A DNA stretch of 15,209 nucleotides from a virus. The stretch lies in the IMG/VR virus record IMGVR_UViG_3300035698_016869, one strand, 5' to 3'. Positions 6,589-14,339 of this stretch are shown in pieces. The position numbers were made by a program, and so were the translations under genes. Within the stretch, counting starts at the first letter, position 1, and each line of letters starts with the position of its first letter. The notes under the pieces are model-generated. The model was not told the DNA's origin and searched no databases. It saw only the letters and a list, made by a program, of their open reading frames with translations.

Positions 6589-7194
6589 GTGGAAGTGCTG
6601 TGCGAAAACGAGGTTGAGAAGGTCTGCTCTGCTTGCTTGCAGTCTCTTCCTCTTTCTGCGTTCTACTGTTGCCCGAAGAGCAAGCAGGGACGAAGGCCCC
6701 AATGCAAGAAGTGTTACAAAAAGCGGTACTATACAGAAAAGCCAAAGCCTACAGCAGAAGAGCGCTTTTGGCGTAAGGTGTGCAAGGAAGGTCCCTTATC
6801 TACCTACGACCAGACGCCTTGTTGGGCGTGGATAGGAGGAAAAGATGCTGCTGGTTACGGTCAGTTCTGGTTCAAGGGGAAGCAGGTTTTGGCTCACAGG
6901 TGGGTGATCCGCACTAAGCTTCGGCCTGGGGAGCTTGCTCTTCATGCCTGTGACAACCCTTCTTGTGTTAACCCTGTTCATCTTTATCCTAGTGACTATG
7001 GCCAGAATATGCAGGACTGCGTAGAACGGGGGCGGAAGCCACGGGGGGAAGCACATTCTAATGCCAAGCTCTCTTGGGGGGCTGTCGAAGAGATTAGGGC
7101 TTCCGAGGAAACGGTTTCTGCTCTTTCTCGTGCATACAGGGTGTCTCGAGCCACGATTATGCGGGTGCAAAAGGAACAAGCATGGAAAAGATGA
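6589..7194 (+). CDS. HNH homing endonuclease with an N-terminal Cys4 zinc ribbon and a C-terminal helix-turn-helix tail.
   Basis: GTG start with GAGGAG (6577-6582) 6 nt upstream. The HNH core CWAWIGGKDAAGYGQFWFKGKQVLAHRWV...LALHACDNPSCVNPVHLY is diagnostic. N-terminal CSAC...CKKC. C-terminal AKLSWGAVEEIR...SRATIMRV is HTH-like. Confidence 0.9.
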   Translation: MEVLCENEVEKVCSACLQSLPLSAFYCCPKSKQGRRPQCKKCYKKRYYTEKPKPTAEERFWRKVCKEGPLSTYDQTPCWAWIGGKDAAGYGQFWFKGKQVLAHRWVIRTKLRPGELALHACDNPSCVNPVHLYPSDYGQNMQDCVERGRKPRGEAHSNAKLSWGAVEEIRASEETVSALSRAYRVSRATIMRVQKEQAWKR

Positions 7195-7625
7195 GAGAGA
7201 AAGACGAGAACCTGCTTCTTTACTTCCGTGAAGCGAAGTGGGAAGGCATCAAGAAGAACTGGCAAGCCGAGGACAAGTTGAGTCGGGGGATCGACTTGAA
7301 CCTTCCCGCAGACCAGCTGGTCGTAACGCGTTGGTTGGGTATGCTGGTCTTCGGGTGGAGTGAGGAGAGCCTGGGCGTTCCTGGCCCTCGCTGGTCTCCT
7401 TACTTGGGCAGCCAAGAGTACGACGACGACTGGAACCCTGTCGGTTTGCGTCCCATCCTCGGGTGGATGCTCAGGAGTGATGCCGGATGGCAAGTCATCT
7501 GGGCCAGCAAGGAGGCTGGAGGGCCACCAGAGAGGACGTGTGCTGCTGTTCAGGGCATCAGAGACCCTATCGAGGCACTCCGCATCGTCGCTGTTTGCTA
7601 CAGGTGCAGAGAGCTGAGGGGGTAA
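7182..7625 (+). CDS. Hypothetical Trp-rich protein, 147 aa.
   Basis: AAGGAA RBS 5 nt before ATG 7182. Overlaps the HNH gene end by 13 nt. Confidence 0.7.
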   Translation: MEKMREKDENLLLYFREAKWEGIKKNWQAEDKLSRGIDLNLPADQLVVTRWLGMLVFGWSEESLGVPGPRWSPYLGSQEYDDDWNPVGLRPILGWMLRSDAGWQVIWASKEAGGPPERTCAAVQGIRDPIEALRIVAVCYRCRELRG

Positions 7626-7626
7626 C

Positions 7627-7971
7627 GTGGTTTTGCCTCTTGCCCTTGCTGCTCTTGTCTTCATCGGGCTCTACTTCATCTGGACGATGTCTGGGTGGTT
7701 GCGCTTCAGTGTGAAGCACGTCATTTCTTCTCGCCAAGCCAAGAAGTACCCGCCAGCCGAGGGGCAGGTGTGGGCTACTCCAGGCAGTAAGAAACCATGC
7801 GTTGTTGCTCGGGTAGTATTTGCCGACACCGCTGTTGTGCGAGTCTACGTGTACTTCAACGAACCTCCTCGAACGGAAAGGTTCAGTGAGAACCCTATGA
7901 TCCGTCGGGTCCGGCGTGATGAGTGGTGCGAGTGGGTAGCCGAGAAGGGTCTTCTGCTGAGGAGCAAGTAA
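7627..7971 (+). CDS. Small membrane protein with one N-terminal transmembrane helix (LPLALAALVFIGLYFIW).
   Basis: GTG start 1 nt after the TAA, with GAGGGGG RBS. Hydrophobic N-terminus. Confidence 0.65.
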   Translation: MVLPLALAALVFIGLYFIWTMSGWLRFSVKHVISSRQAKKYPPAEGQVWATPGSKKPCVVARVVFADTAVVRVYVYFNEPPRTERFSENPMIRRVRRDEWCEWVAEKGLLLRSK

Positions 7972-8333
7972 TGGCTGACTGGAACATTCCGATGGAGTAT
8001 GGGCCGCCTCCATGCAAGTACGACGGGGATGAAATGGAGCTGTCTCTGCTCCGCAGCACGCGGAACATGCAGGAGAAGGAGATCGCCAAGCTGAAGCAGG
8101 CCCTCTCTGACTTGCGGGGCTCTTGCGATCCGTTCAACGGCAACACGGTTCAGTGGTGTGGGGTCTGTGGTGCTCCTCTCGAGGTCGTGAGGCCCGGCAA
8201 GACTCAGTGCCCTCGCTGTGAGACTCAGACGTTCACAGAAGGCGCACTGAAGGTGCTTCGTACTCACCTGGCTGGCGCGCTGAGCACCATAGACGACATC
8301 CTTTTTACTGGAGCTGAAGACGATGAGGACTGA
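7971..8333 (+). CDS. Zinc-ribbon protein (CxxC...CxxC), 120 aa. The track's longer 7923 start is less likely.
   Basis: TAATG overlap with the upstream gene. GAGGAG 7 nt upstream. WCGVCG...CPRC motif. Confidence 0.7.
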   Translation: MADWNIPMEYGPPPCKYDGDEMELSLLRSTRNMQEKEIAKLKQALSDLRGSCDPFNGNTVQWCGVCGAPLEVVRPGKTQCPRCETQTFTEGALKVLRTHLAGALSTIDDILFTGAEDDED

Positions 8334-8709
8334 CATCTGCCCCTACGGCGGGAACTACATGCAAGGCCCTTCCTGCTCAGCCGAGTTCTGCCCTGGGCCC
8401 CAAGACGTGGTTCCAGTGAGGAAAGAAGATGAGCAAGTAGTCCCTCCAGTCGACGAGGTGCGTCGGTGTGTGGGTGTGCCTCCTCTATCTGTGAGCCCTT
8501 CTCGCCTCTCTTTCGGGCCAGGAGTCATCCGGCTACACACCGAGTTGAAAGCTTGCGAGAAGCGGTCTGCTCGGTTGGAGAGGGCATTGTTTGCTGCTGT
8601 TCTTGCTCTCAATGAGGTCAAGTACAACAACTCGACGCCGGAGGCTATCGACGCTGCCATCGACAAGGCAAACCAGGCCATTGGCTTCTTCGAGGAGGAA
8701 GAGGAATGA
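8323..8709 (+). CDS. Hypothetical protein with an N-terminal Cys cluster and a poly-Glu tail.
   Basis: ATG overlaps the upstream gene by 11 nt. GGAG 8 nt upstream. Confidence 0.65.
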   Translation: MRTDICPYGGNYMQGPSCSAEFCPGPQDVVPVRKEDEQVVPPVDEVRRCVGVPPLSVSPSRLSFGPGVIRLHTELKACEKRSARLERALFAAVLALNEVKYNNSTPEAIDAAIDKANQAIGFFEEEEE

Positions 8710-9131
8710 CTTCTCGGGCGAAAGTGAGCGTCGATACCCTGAACTCGGTGCTTGAGAGGACGTCGCTACTTGAGCAGGAAGCGGCCGAGATGGCCATAGC
8801 CATCAGAAAGGCCTCACCCAAGGGCTTCGAAGGGACAGCTACGAGAATGCAGCTTGCGGGGATCATCGCAGAGCGGGACAGGTTTGCTCGGCTCTTGGCT
8901 CTTGAGCGGGATGAGCACCAGGATGAGCTGAAGGCGATGACGAAAGAGCGAGACCTGCTGGCTCAGCAGAATGAGCTTCTCGTCACTACGCTTCAGGAGG
9001 TTTACCTCTTGCTCTCGTCAGCCGAAGAGGACTCTGCTGATGCGCCCCTGCCCTACTTTGTGTGCCTGAGCGTCGAGAACGCCGTCTCTGAGATCAGAAA
9101 GGCTCTTGAACCTACAGAAGATATGCCGTGA
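8706..9131 (+). CDS. Hypothetical protein, 141 aa, probably coiled-coil.
   Basis: ATGA overlap. Strong RBS GAGGAGGAAGAGGA. Confidence 0.7.
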   Translation: MTSRAKVSVDTLNSVLERTSLLEQEAAEMAIAIRKASPKGFEGTATRMQLAGIIAERDRFARLLALERDEHQDELKAMTKERDLLAQQNELLVTTLQEVYLLLSSAEEDSADAPLPYFVCLSVENAVSEIRKALEPTEDMP

Positions 9132-9457
9132 AGTTTCGCCACCTCCCGATCTGGCTCTTCCTCGACCTGCTGTCTCTTCCAGGGACTCTCGGGAGGTGGT
9201 TCTTCACTCTTTGCTTGAAGTCAGAGGCAGGCTGTCGCTTCAACGCTACTTGGCACCTTGACTATGTTTGCCCCTACTGCCCCCAAGAGCGTAGGGCGCT
9301 TCGAGATCTACTCTGTGAGGGAGTGTGTGCTTGGGAGTTGGCCTGGAAGGCCAAAAACTACGACATCCCGCCTCACTTCGGGCTGTCAAATCTCATCACC
9401 CAGTACATTGGTAGAGTTGACCTCTCCAAGTACGCATTCTTGAGGAAGAAGACATGA
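9128..9457 (+). CDS. Hypothetical Cys/Trp-rich protein, 109 aa.
   Basis: GTGA overlap start. Weak RBS. No in-frame ATG alternative. Confidence 0.55.
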   Translation: MKFRHLPIWLFLDLLSLPGTLGRWFFTLCLKSEAGCRFNATWHLDYVCPYCPQERRALRDLLCEGVCAWELAWKAKNYDIPPHFGLSNLITQYIGRVDLSKYAFLRKKT

Positions 9458-9963
9458 CACAAAGACACCCCTTCACCTCCTTCCGTCACTTCTCCTACGT
9501 GCATGACACCGACATGAGTCAGCCCACGGTTGAAGAGTGGATTCAGGTCGTCAATTACATCCAGAAGAGCCTTGCCCATGTGGGTGAGGAAGACGCGGGC
9601 CTCCTCACGGAGATCCTATCGTTTGCCAAGTCCAATGGAGCTGGCTCGGATGAAGATGGGCTGACGGATCAGAACCTCGAGCGTGGCCGTGTCGAAGACT
9701 GGTCTATCCAGCAGACGCTCTCCGCAGCTAAGAACCTGAAGGGGGACAAGGACTTGTCTATCCTTCGGGAAGAAAGAGAGGCCCGTCGTGCTGAGGAGAG
9801 CTGGGACACACGGACTGACCAGAAGCTCTCTGCTGACGACTTGGCCTACCTCCTCACTCTCTTCGACGTTCTCCCTTCTACAGAAGAGGATGAGGAGCTG
9901 AGTAGTGAGGAGCTGGAGGCTTTGGGTGGCTTGGTGGAAGAGGTGTCGGAAGAGGACGAGTAG
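9454..9963 (+). CDS. Highly acidic hypothetical protein, 169 aa, with a Glu/Asp-rich C-terminus.
   Basis: ATGA overlap. RBS GAGGAAGAAG. Confidence 0.7.
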   Translation: MTQRHPFTSFRHFSYVHDTDMSQPTVEEWIQVVNYIQKSLAHVGEEDAGLLTEILSFAKSNGAGSDEDGLTDQNLERGRVEDWSIQQTLSAAKNLKGDKDLSILREEREARRAEESWDTRTDQKLSADDLAYLLTLFDVLPSTEEDEELSSEELEALGGLVEEVSEEDE

Positions 9964-9989
9964 CTATTTCTGGGTGAGGGCAGTGCCAG

Positions 9990-10018
9990 TTGACACACAG
10001 GCCTGCCCAAGCTACACC
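9990..10018 (+). promoter_or_regulatory. Candidate promoter: GTGCCAG half-site (9983-9989) abutting TTGACA (9990-9995), 17-nt spacer containing CACAGGC, then TACACC.
   Basis: Perfect -35 but a weak -10. It sits in the 74-nt intergenic gap before the 10038 start. It shares TTGACA, CACAGGC and TACA with the 240-268 element. Confidence 0.35.
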
Positions 10019-10037
10019 CTTACCGGAGGAGAGGAAC

Positions 10038-10754
10038 ATGCCAGTAAGAAAAGAAAAGTGGGCTGATTTGCCCCGTCCAGCGGTCAAGCCAAGCACGCTT
10101 CAGCCGATGGGGCACTTTCACTACCGCTGTGTCTCCGATGATGGCTGTGTTCAAACTTGGCAGTCCGATTACAAAAGGGACGACGGTACTGTTGGCTTCA
10201 GCTTTGAGTACGCGCCTAAGAAGCTCAAAACAGGGAAGGTTCACGTCGCGTACAGGTCCTTCTCTTGGGGTCCTGATGCGGAGTGGGTTCTGCTGTGTAG
10301 GAAAGGGCAGGGGCGGTACGATGGGCCTACGCGAGGACTGACTCTGGACGCTGTGGAGTGCAAGACGTGTCTTCAGGACATCCGGCCTCCTGACTGCTGC
10401 GAGGGGGTACAGTCTACTGCACGGTCTCAAGGCCTTGTCGCATTCTATGGAAAGGACAGGATGGTCTTGCTTGGTACTGGGCTCTGGGTAGTTCCTGTTG
10501 GATTCAATGTCCGGTGCTCTTCGGCCTCTGCGGTCAAGAGATTAGGCTTCAAGCTAGCGCACAAGTTCGCTGACGGTTGGTGGGAGCTTGACGGACAAAA
10601 GAAGGACCAGAAGAGCGTAGGTCAACAGACTGCACTACTTGGCTACAGTAACTACACGATTCACTCTCTCGGGAGAAAGCATGGAAAACGGAAGCCCCTT
10701 CGAGATGAAGGTCGAGATCATCAGACTCGATCAGCTCAACCAAACGCTTGTTGA
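10038..10754 (+). CDS. Hypothetical protein, 238 aa. The track's TTG 9990 start was rejected in favour of ATG 10038.
   Basis: GGAGGAGAGG RBS 3 nt before ATG 10038. GC3 collapses in the last ~25 codons, where a nested ORF starts. Confidence 0.7.
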   Translation: MPVRKEKWADLPRPAVKPSTLQPMGHFHYRCVSDDGCVQTWQSDYKRDDGTVGFSFEYAPKKLKTGKVHVAYRSFSWGPDAEWVLLCRKGQGRYDGPTRGLTLDAVECKTCLQDIRPPDCCEGVQSTARSQGLVAFYGKDRMVLLGTGLWVVPVGFNVRCSSASAVKRLGFKLAHKFADGWWELDGQKKDQKSVGQQTALLGYSNYTIHSLGRKHGKRKPLRDEGRDHQTRSAQPNAC

Positions 10755-10872
10755 CTTTGCTGTTCAGGGTTTTGTGCCCTCCGGTGGTCTGGAGAAGCCT
10801 GCTCTCTCACCCCACAAGGAGCAGGAAGGCTTGTACTACCTCTCGTTCCTGCGTGTGAGACCTCGGGAGTAG
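10681..10872 (+). CDS. Small hypothetical protein, 63 aa, overlapping the 3' end of the previous gene.
   Basis: GGGAGAAAG RBS directly before ATG 10681. GC3 ~67% in this frame, against very low GC3 in the overlapped frame. Confidence 0.45.
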   Translation: MENGSPFEMKVEIIRLDQLNQTLVDFAVQGFVPSGGLEKPALSPHKEQEGLYYLSFLRVRPRE

Positions 10873-10875
10873 CCT

Positions 10876-11142
10876 GTGGAAGCCAAACATGGTGAGTTTG
10901 CCCTTCTTCATGGTGAGATGCTCAACACCTTCGCCAGTTGGCGAGAAGAGCTGTACCAGCGGACTTTCGGCTTCAGTATCCACGAGTTGGAAAAGCGGGA
11001 AATGCTGGTGGCTCGGTACACCACTTCTGACACCCTCAACCTTGAGGGGGAGAAGGAGCGAGACCGCTTGATCGAGAAGTACAAGAAGGAATGGCGACCT
11101 CGACGTCTTCAGATTGAGGACCGTTTGGTTGGTAAGACATGA
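10876..11142 (+). CDS. Hypothetical protein, 88 aa.
   Basis: GTG start with GGGAG 6 nt upstream. ATGA-coupled to the next gene. Confidence 0.6.
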   Translation: MEAKHGEFALLHGEMLNTFASWREELYQRTFGFSIHELEKREMLVARYTTSDTLNLEGEKERDRLIEKYKKEWRPRRLQIEDRLVGKT

Positions 11143-11495
11143 CTTCAGCAACACCCGAAGAAGTACTACGTGAGCTGCAAGCAGTAGACTCAGGACGAGT
11201 AGGGCTCGAGTGCCCTACGGACGTCTTCTGCGGCAATAACGAGTATAGAACCAGCAATGGCTGGAGTTTTTGGGTCTTCGATGATGTCTGCGAGTGGGAC
11301 TACGTTGCTGCTTTTCAGGCTCCGGGTGATGAGGAGCAAACAGACATCTGGACTTTTCTCAGCGAAGACGGCTCGTGGCTCAGGTGGGCTAATACACCCA
11401 AGGCAGAAAGAGGCCCAGAGCCTACGCCTGATAAGTGGGAGCCCGTGAGGGAGTGGGAGCCTGCAGCAAAGAATCTTCACCGTTGGGGTTACTGA
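11139..11495 (+). CDS. Hypothetical acidic Trp-rich protein, 118 aa.
   Basis: ATGA overlap start. Clean ORF. Confidence 0.7.
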   Translation: MTSATPEEVLRELQAVDSGRVGLECPTDVFCGNNEYRTSNGWSFWVFDDVCEWDYVAAFQAPGDEEQTDIWTFLSEDGSWLRWANTPKAERGPEPTPDKWEPVREWEPAAKNLHRWGY

Positions 11496-11998
11496 TGGAC
11501 TGGAACAGCGAAGAAGGCAGGAACAGGCTCAGCAAGGCTTGGCACAAGAGATGTGTTGAGGAGAGGGGTGTGCTCACGGTTGGCGGCTGGCAGTCTTGCC
11601 TTGACCAGTTCGGTACTCTTCGCTGGCTACCTCCTTCTGGGGACAAGTGGCTGGCTGACAGGTGGCAGAACCCAGGAGAAATCGCCTTCGATCAAGCTCT
11701 GGAACGGGGTGACCTTCTCCCTCGGCCTGACCCATCTGATCGAGCCACTTGGTCTTGCTTGCTTGCAGACCTCGCTAAGGCCAACGGGTACGAGAGAAGA
11801 GACAGTCAGGTTTGCTGCTTGGTGCCTATCAGATCAGAGCAGGGGCAGCTCTGGAAGCTATTTTCTATGGGGGTTTACCCCTATGGAGGCCCAGAGTTCA
11901 CCTGCCTTGGTGTCTGGGGCCCTTACACAAAAGAGAGAAGTGTGGACGAAGCTCTGGTCTACATTCGGGCCCGAATTGCCAAGGAGACAGGAAAGTGA
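11495..11998 (+). CDS. Hypothetical protein, 167 aa. The track's upstream extension to 11435 is less likely.
   Basis: The ATG shares its A with the upstream TGA. The stop overlaps the next GTG start. Confidence 0.65.
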   Translation: MDWNSEEGRNRLSKAWHKRCVEERGVLTVGGWQSCLDQFGTLRWLPPSGDKWLADRWQNPGEIAFDQALERGDLLPRPDPSDRATWSCLLADLAKANGYERRDSQVCCLVPIRSEQGQLWKLFSMGVYPYGGPEFTCLGVWGPYTKERSVDEALVYIRARIAKETGK

Positions 11999-12450
11999 AA
12001 CTCATCTACATTGGACACCCACTGGGCGGAACAGGGGCAGGGAAAGGCTGTGAAGACTGGAAGGACGGAGAAAAGAACTTCCAGCGATACTTGGCCTTCT
12101 GCGCCATGTTCACCAACGCAGGCCACTCCATCGTGAGCTGGGCTCACCACTGGCTAATGCACTCTCGCGGTCTCACGCAGGGGGGCCATGGCTTCTACAT
12201 GCAGAGAGACTTGGCGCTCCTTCGAATCTCAGACCTCTTCGTACAAGCAGGGCCTTTGTCTGTTTCTTCTGGTCTGACGGAAGAAAGAGACTTCTGCAAG
12301 GGGAATGACATTCCCACCTACTCTCGGGTGGCCTGGATGAATCCTGACTTCTTGCCCGACCCTAAGGAAGACCCGAGGCTGGTCAACCGTTGGATCGACA
12401 ACGCTCTTCACGGGAAGGAGTTCGCAGCTGAGAAGGGTCGGAGGAAGTAG
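11995..12450 (+). CDS. DUF4406 / nucleoside 2-deoxyribosyltransferase-like protein, 151 aa.
   Basis: GTGA overlap start with AAGGAG 8 nt upstream. N-terminal KLIYIGHPLGG and C-terminal DLFVQAGPLSVSSGLTEERDFCKGNDIPTY match the DUF4406 pattern as recalled (IYIAGP..G... DxVxLLPGW..S.G...E...A...GIPV). Confidence 0.6.
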   Translation: MKLIYIGHPLGGTGAGKGCEDWKDGEKNFQRYLAFCAMFTNAGHSIVSWAHHWLMHSRGLTQGGHGFYMQRDLALLRISDLFVQAGPLSVSSGLTEERDFCKGNDIPTYSRVAWMNPDFLPDPKEDPRLVNRWIDNALHGKEFAAEKGRRK

Positions 12451-12779
12451 TGCCTGGTCTTCCTATGTGCTCTCGGAAAGAAGGAACGGCGAAGGACTGT
12501 GCCACGAGAAAGGTGTTCTCGGACGAGGAACACGTTCTGCTCTGTCCCATCTGCATTCTCCAGCACATCGGGAAGGGTGAAATCCCCGTGCATTACGCTG
12601 CCCAAGGTGGCCGGGGTGAGGTGATCATTCTCTGCAATCATGAGGCAACAGCCCCGCTCTCAGATCGACCAGCCCTCGAGAGAGGCGGTACAGTCTTCAA
12701 GTCGAAGTGCCATCAGCTCTATACTTTTGCCGAGGGTGCCGTCACATGCCCCTTGTGCTTGGAGAAGGTCTCAAGCTGA
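12450..12779 (+). CDS. Cys-rich putative zinc-finger protein, 109 aa.
   Basis: GTG start overlapping the upstream TAG. GGAGGAAG RBS. Paired CPIC and CPLC motifs. Confidence 0.6.
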   Translation: MPGLPMCSRKEGTAKDCATRKVFSDEEHVLLCPICILQHIGKGEIPVHYAAQGGRGEVIILCNHEATAPLSDRPALERGGTVFKSKCHQLYTFAEGAVTCPLCLEKVSS

Positions 12780-13072
12780 TGATCTTCGTAGTGAACAAAA
12801 GGAGAGGGGCTCCTGCGGGGTCTGTATACATCGGGAGGGGAACTTCCTTGGGCAACCCGTTTCACATCGGAAAGGATGGAGATCGGGCGAATGTCATCAG
12901 GAAGTACCGGCTGTGGTTGATGAGTCAAACGGATGACTCTCCTGCGATGAGAATGCTGGTTTCCTTGGCAGAAAAGCACAAAGAGGATGGCATCCTCTAC
13001 CTGTCTTGTTGGTGCGCTCCGCTCGCCTGCCACGGTGACGTCGTCGCAGAAGCCGTCAAGCTGCTTCAGTAG
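12779..13072 (+). CDS. DUF4326 family protein, 97 aa.
   Basis: ATG overlaps the upstream TGA. Motifs VYIGRGTSLGNPF and LSCWCAPLACHGDVV match the DUF4326 signature as recalled (GNPF; CWC.P..CH.DVL). Confidence 0.75.
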   Translation: MIFVVNKRRGAPAGSVYIGRGTSLGNPFHIGKDGDRANVIRKYRLWLMSQTDDSPAMRMLVSLAEKHKEDGILYLSCWCAPLACHGDVVAEAVKLLQ

Positions 13073-13144
13073 CACTCCATAGTGGCTCGGGTAGTAGCCC
13101 CGAGAAAACAGCAAGGGTAGTCTCTTCTCAAAGGAGATTTACCC

Positions 13145-13864
13145 ATGCCTCACTACCTCAAGCCACTTCGTAGGGGCCGTAGGTCACGTCGAGCCCGCCT
13201 GAACTCTCCGATCCAGCTTGGGGACTCTACCTTGTCAACGGCTGAGGTTCTGGAGCTGATCGCAGCGGGTATCATCACGCAAGAAGAGGTAAACGAGGCA
13301 TTGTTTCGCCAAAAGGCAGCCGCTACTGCTCCTGCCCCCGCCGCCGAACGCGCCGCCCGTGGCCGATCTTCAGGTAGCCAGTCGAGGTCAGAGCGTGAGG
13401 AGCACCTTCGCCGTCTGGGCGTCAAGGTTCCTGCAGGAGGAAGGCCAAAGGCGAGAAGAAGTAGCGCCAAGCAGTTCTCTGGGAAGCTGAAGGACCCTAG
13501 TGGTCTTCCCTCCCACCGCCAAGCTCAGCTTCTTGGCAAGAGCCTTGGTGGCATCAAGAACTACTGCCCTGCCATGGCTGGGGCTGAGGTGATGGATGAG
13601 GCGACGGGGACGTTGAAGCACCTCTCCAACTCTCAAATCCTCTATCAAATGGGTGTGACCAAGGCCCTTGCGAATGAGGCCATTACCGCGCTCAAAGCAG
13701 CCGGGGTCTGCTCCTATCAGAACGTGTCAGATGAAGACGCGGCAGGCGAAGCCCGAGAAATCTTCGAGCGCGTCACTGGAGTCAGCTGCCCCTTTGCAGG
13801 CACCCCCGGTCTCGCCGGAGAGGTTGATGAAGCGGACAGGGGCGACTTCGGCGGCGAAGAGTAA
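13145..13864 (+). CDS. Hypothetical protein, 239 aa, with an Arg-rich N-terminus, a possible HTH, and an Ala/Gly-rich central linker.
   Basis: AAGGAG 8 nt before the ATG. Preceded by a 72-nt gap containing a 6-bp hairpin. Confidence 0.75.
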   Translation: MPHYLKPLRRGRRSRRARLNSPIQLGDSTLSTAEVLELIAAGIITQEEVNEALFRQKAAATAPAPAAERAARGRSSGSQSRSEREEHLRRLGVKVPAGGRPKARRSSAKQFSGKLKDPSGLPSHRQAQLLGKSLGGIKNYCPAMAGAEVMDEATGTLKHLSNSQILYQMGVTKALANEAITALKAAGVCSYQNVSDEDAAGEAREIFERVTGVSCPFAGTPGLAGEVDEADRGDFGGEE

Positions 13865-13979
13865 GAGCAGGCAGGACTCCTTGTAGCACTCGGGGATCAG
13901 AAGAAAGTTCTTCCGGTCCCTTCTGGCGTGGTAAGGATTCCATGCAGAAACTTCTTCCCTTATTCCAGGAGAACCTTCA

Positions 13980-14336
13980 ATGGCTGGAAACATCAACAAT
14001 GCGATGGTCATTCGCTCTGAGCTGACTGGTATCGCTACCTACGCCTACACGGCGACTCGCGCCTTCGAAGTTGTGGATGCTGTAGTGCAGGTCGACACGA
14101 ACGTCGACGGAACCACTGCCATCCTCAATCGGGCAGCCGCAGCTTGTGTCACAGCAGCCGCTGGCGCTGCCTTCAACATGGCCGTAGCCGCCAACTTGAT
14201 CATCCGAGCCGGTGAGATCGTGGATGCTGAAGCGACTTTCGCTGTTGGCGACGTCCACAACGTCGTTCAGGCTGGCGGAGCTGGAACCGGCGACTTCTTC
14301 ACCTACATCGTTCCCACTAGCTGGATCGCGGGGTAA
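13980..14336 (+). CDS. Paralog 1 of a tandem family of small Ala/Thr/Val-rich proteins, 118 aa.
   Basis: AGGAG 8 nt upstream. N-terminal consensus MA..(I/L)N...VIR........(Y/F)(A/T)(T/C)(T/S)R(A/G)(F/L).V.DA is shared with the next three ORFs. Confidence 0.75.
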   Translation: MAGNINNAMVIRSELTGIATYAYTATRAFEVVDAVVQVDTNVDGTTAILNRAAAACVTAAAGAAFNMAVAANLIIRAGEIVDAEATFAVGDVHNVVQAGGAGTGDFFTYIVPTSWIAG

Positions 14337-14339
14337 GTC

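Noticed and set aside
6996-8336. − strand ORFs 6996..7664, 7567..8013, 7845..8336 and similar ones throughout.
   Set aside because: All overlap + strand genes that have RBSs and start-stop coupling. No independent support.
9990-10037. TTG start at 9990 given by the ORF track for the 10038 gene.
   Set aside because: ATG 10038 has a near-ideal GGAGGAGAGG RBS. The upstream extension would cover the intergenic promoter-like element.
13069-13891. Shared 9-mer GTAGCACTC in two intergenic regions (13069-13077 and 13883-13891).
   Set aside because: A 9-mer repeat is expected by chance at this sequence length. There is no palindromic or positional logic.
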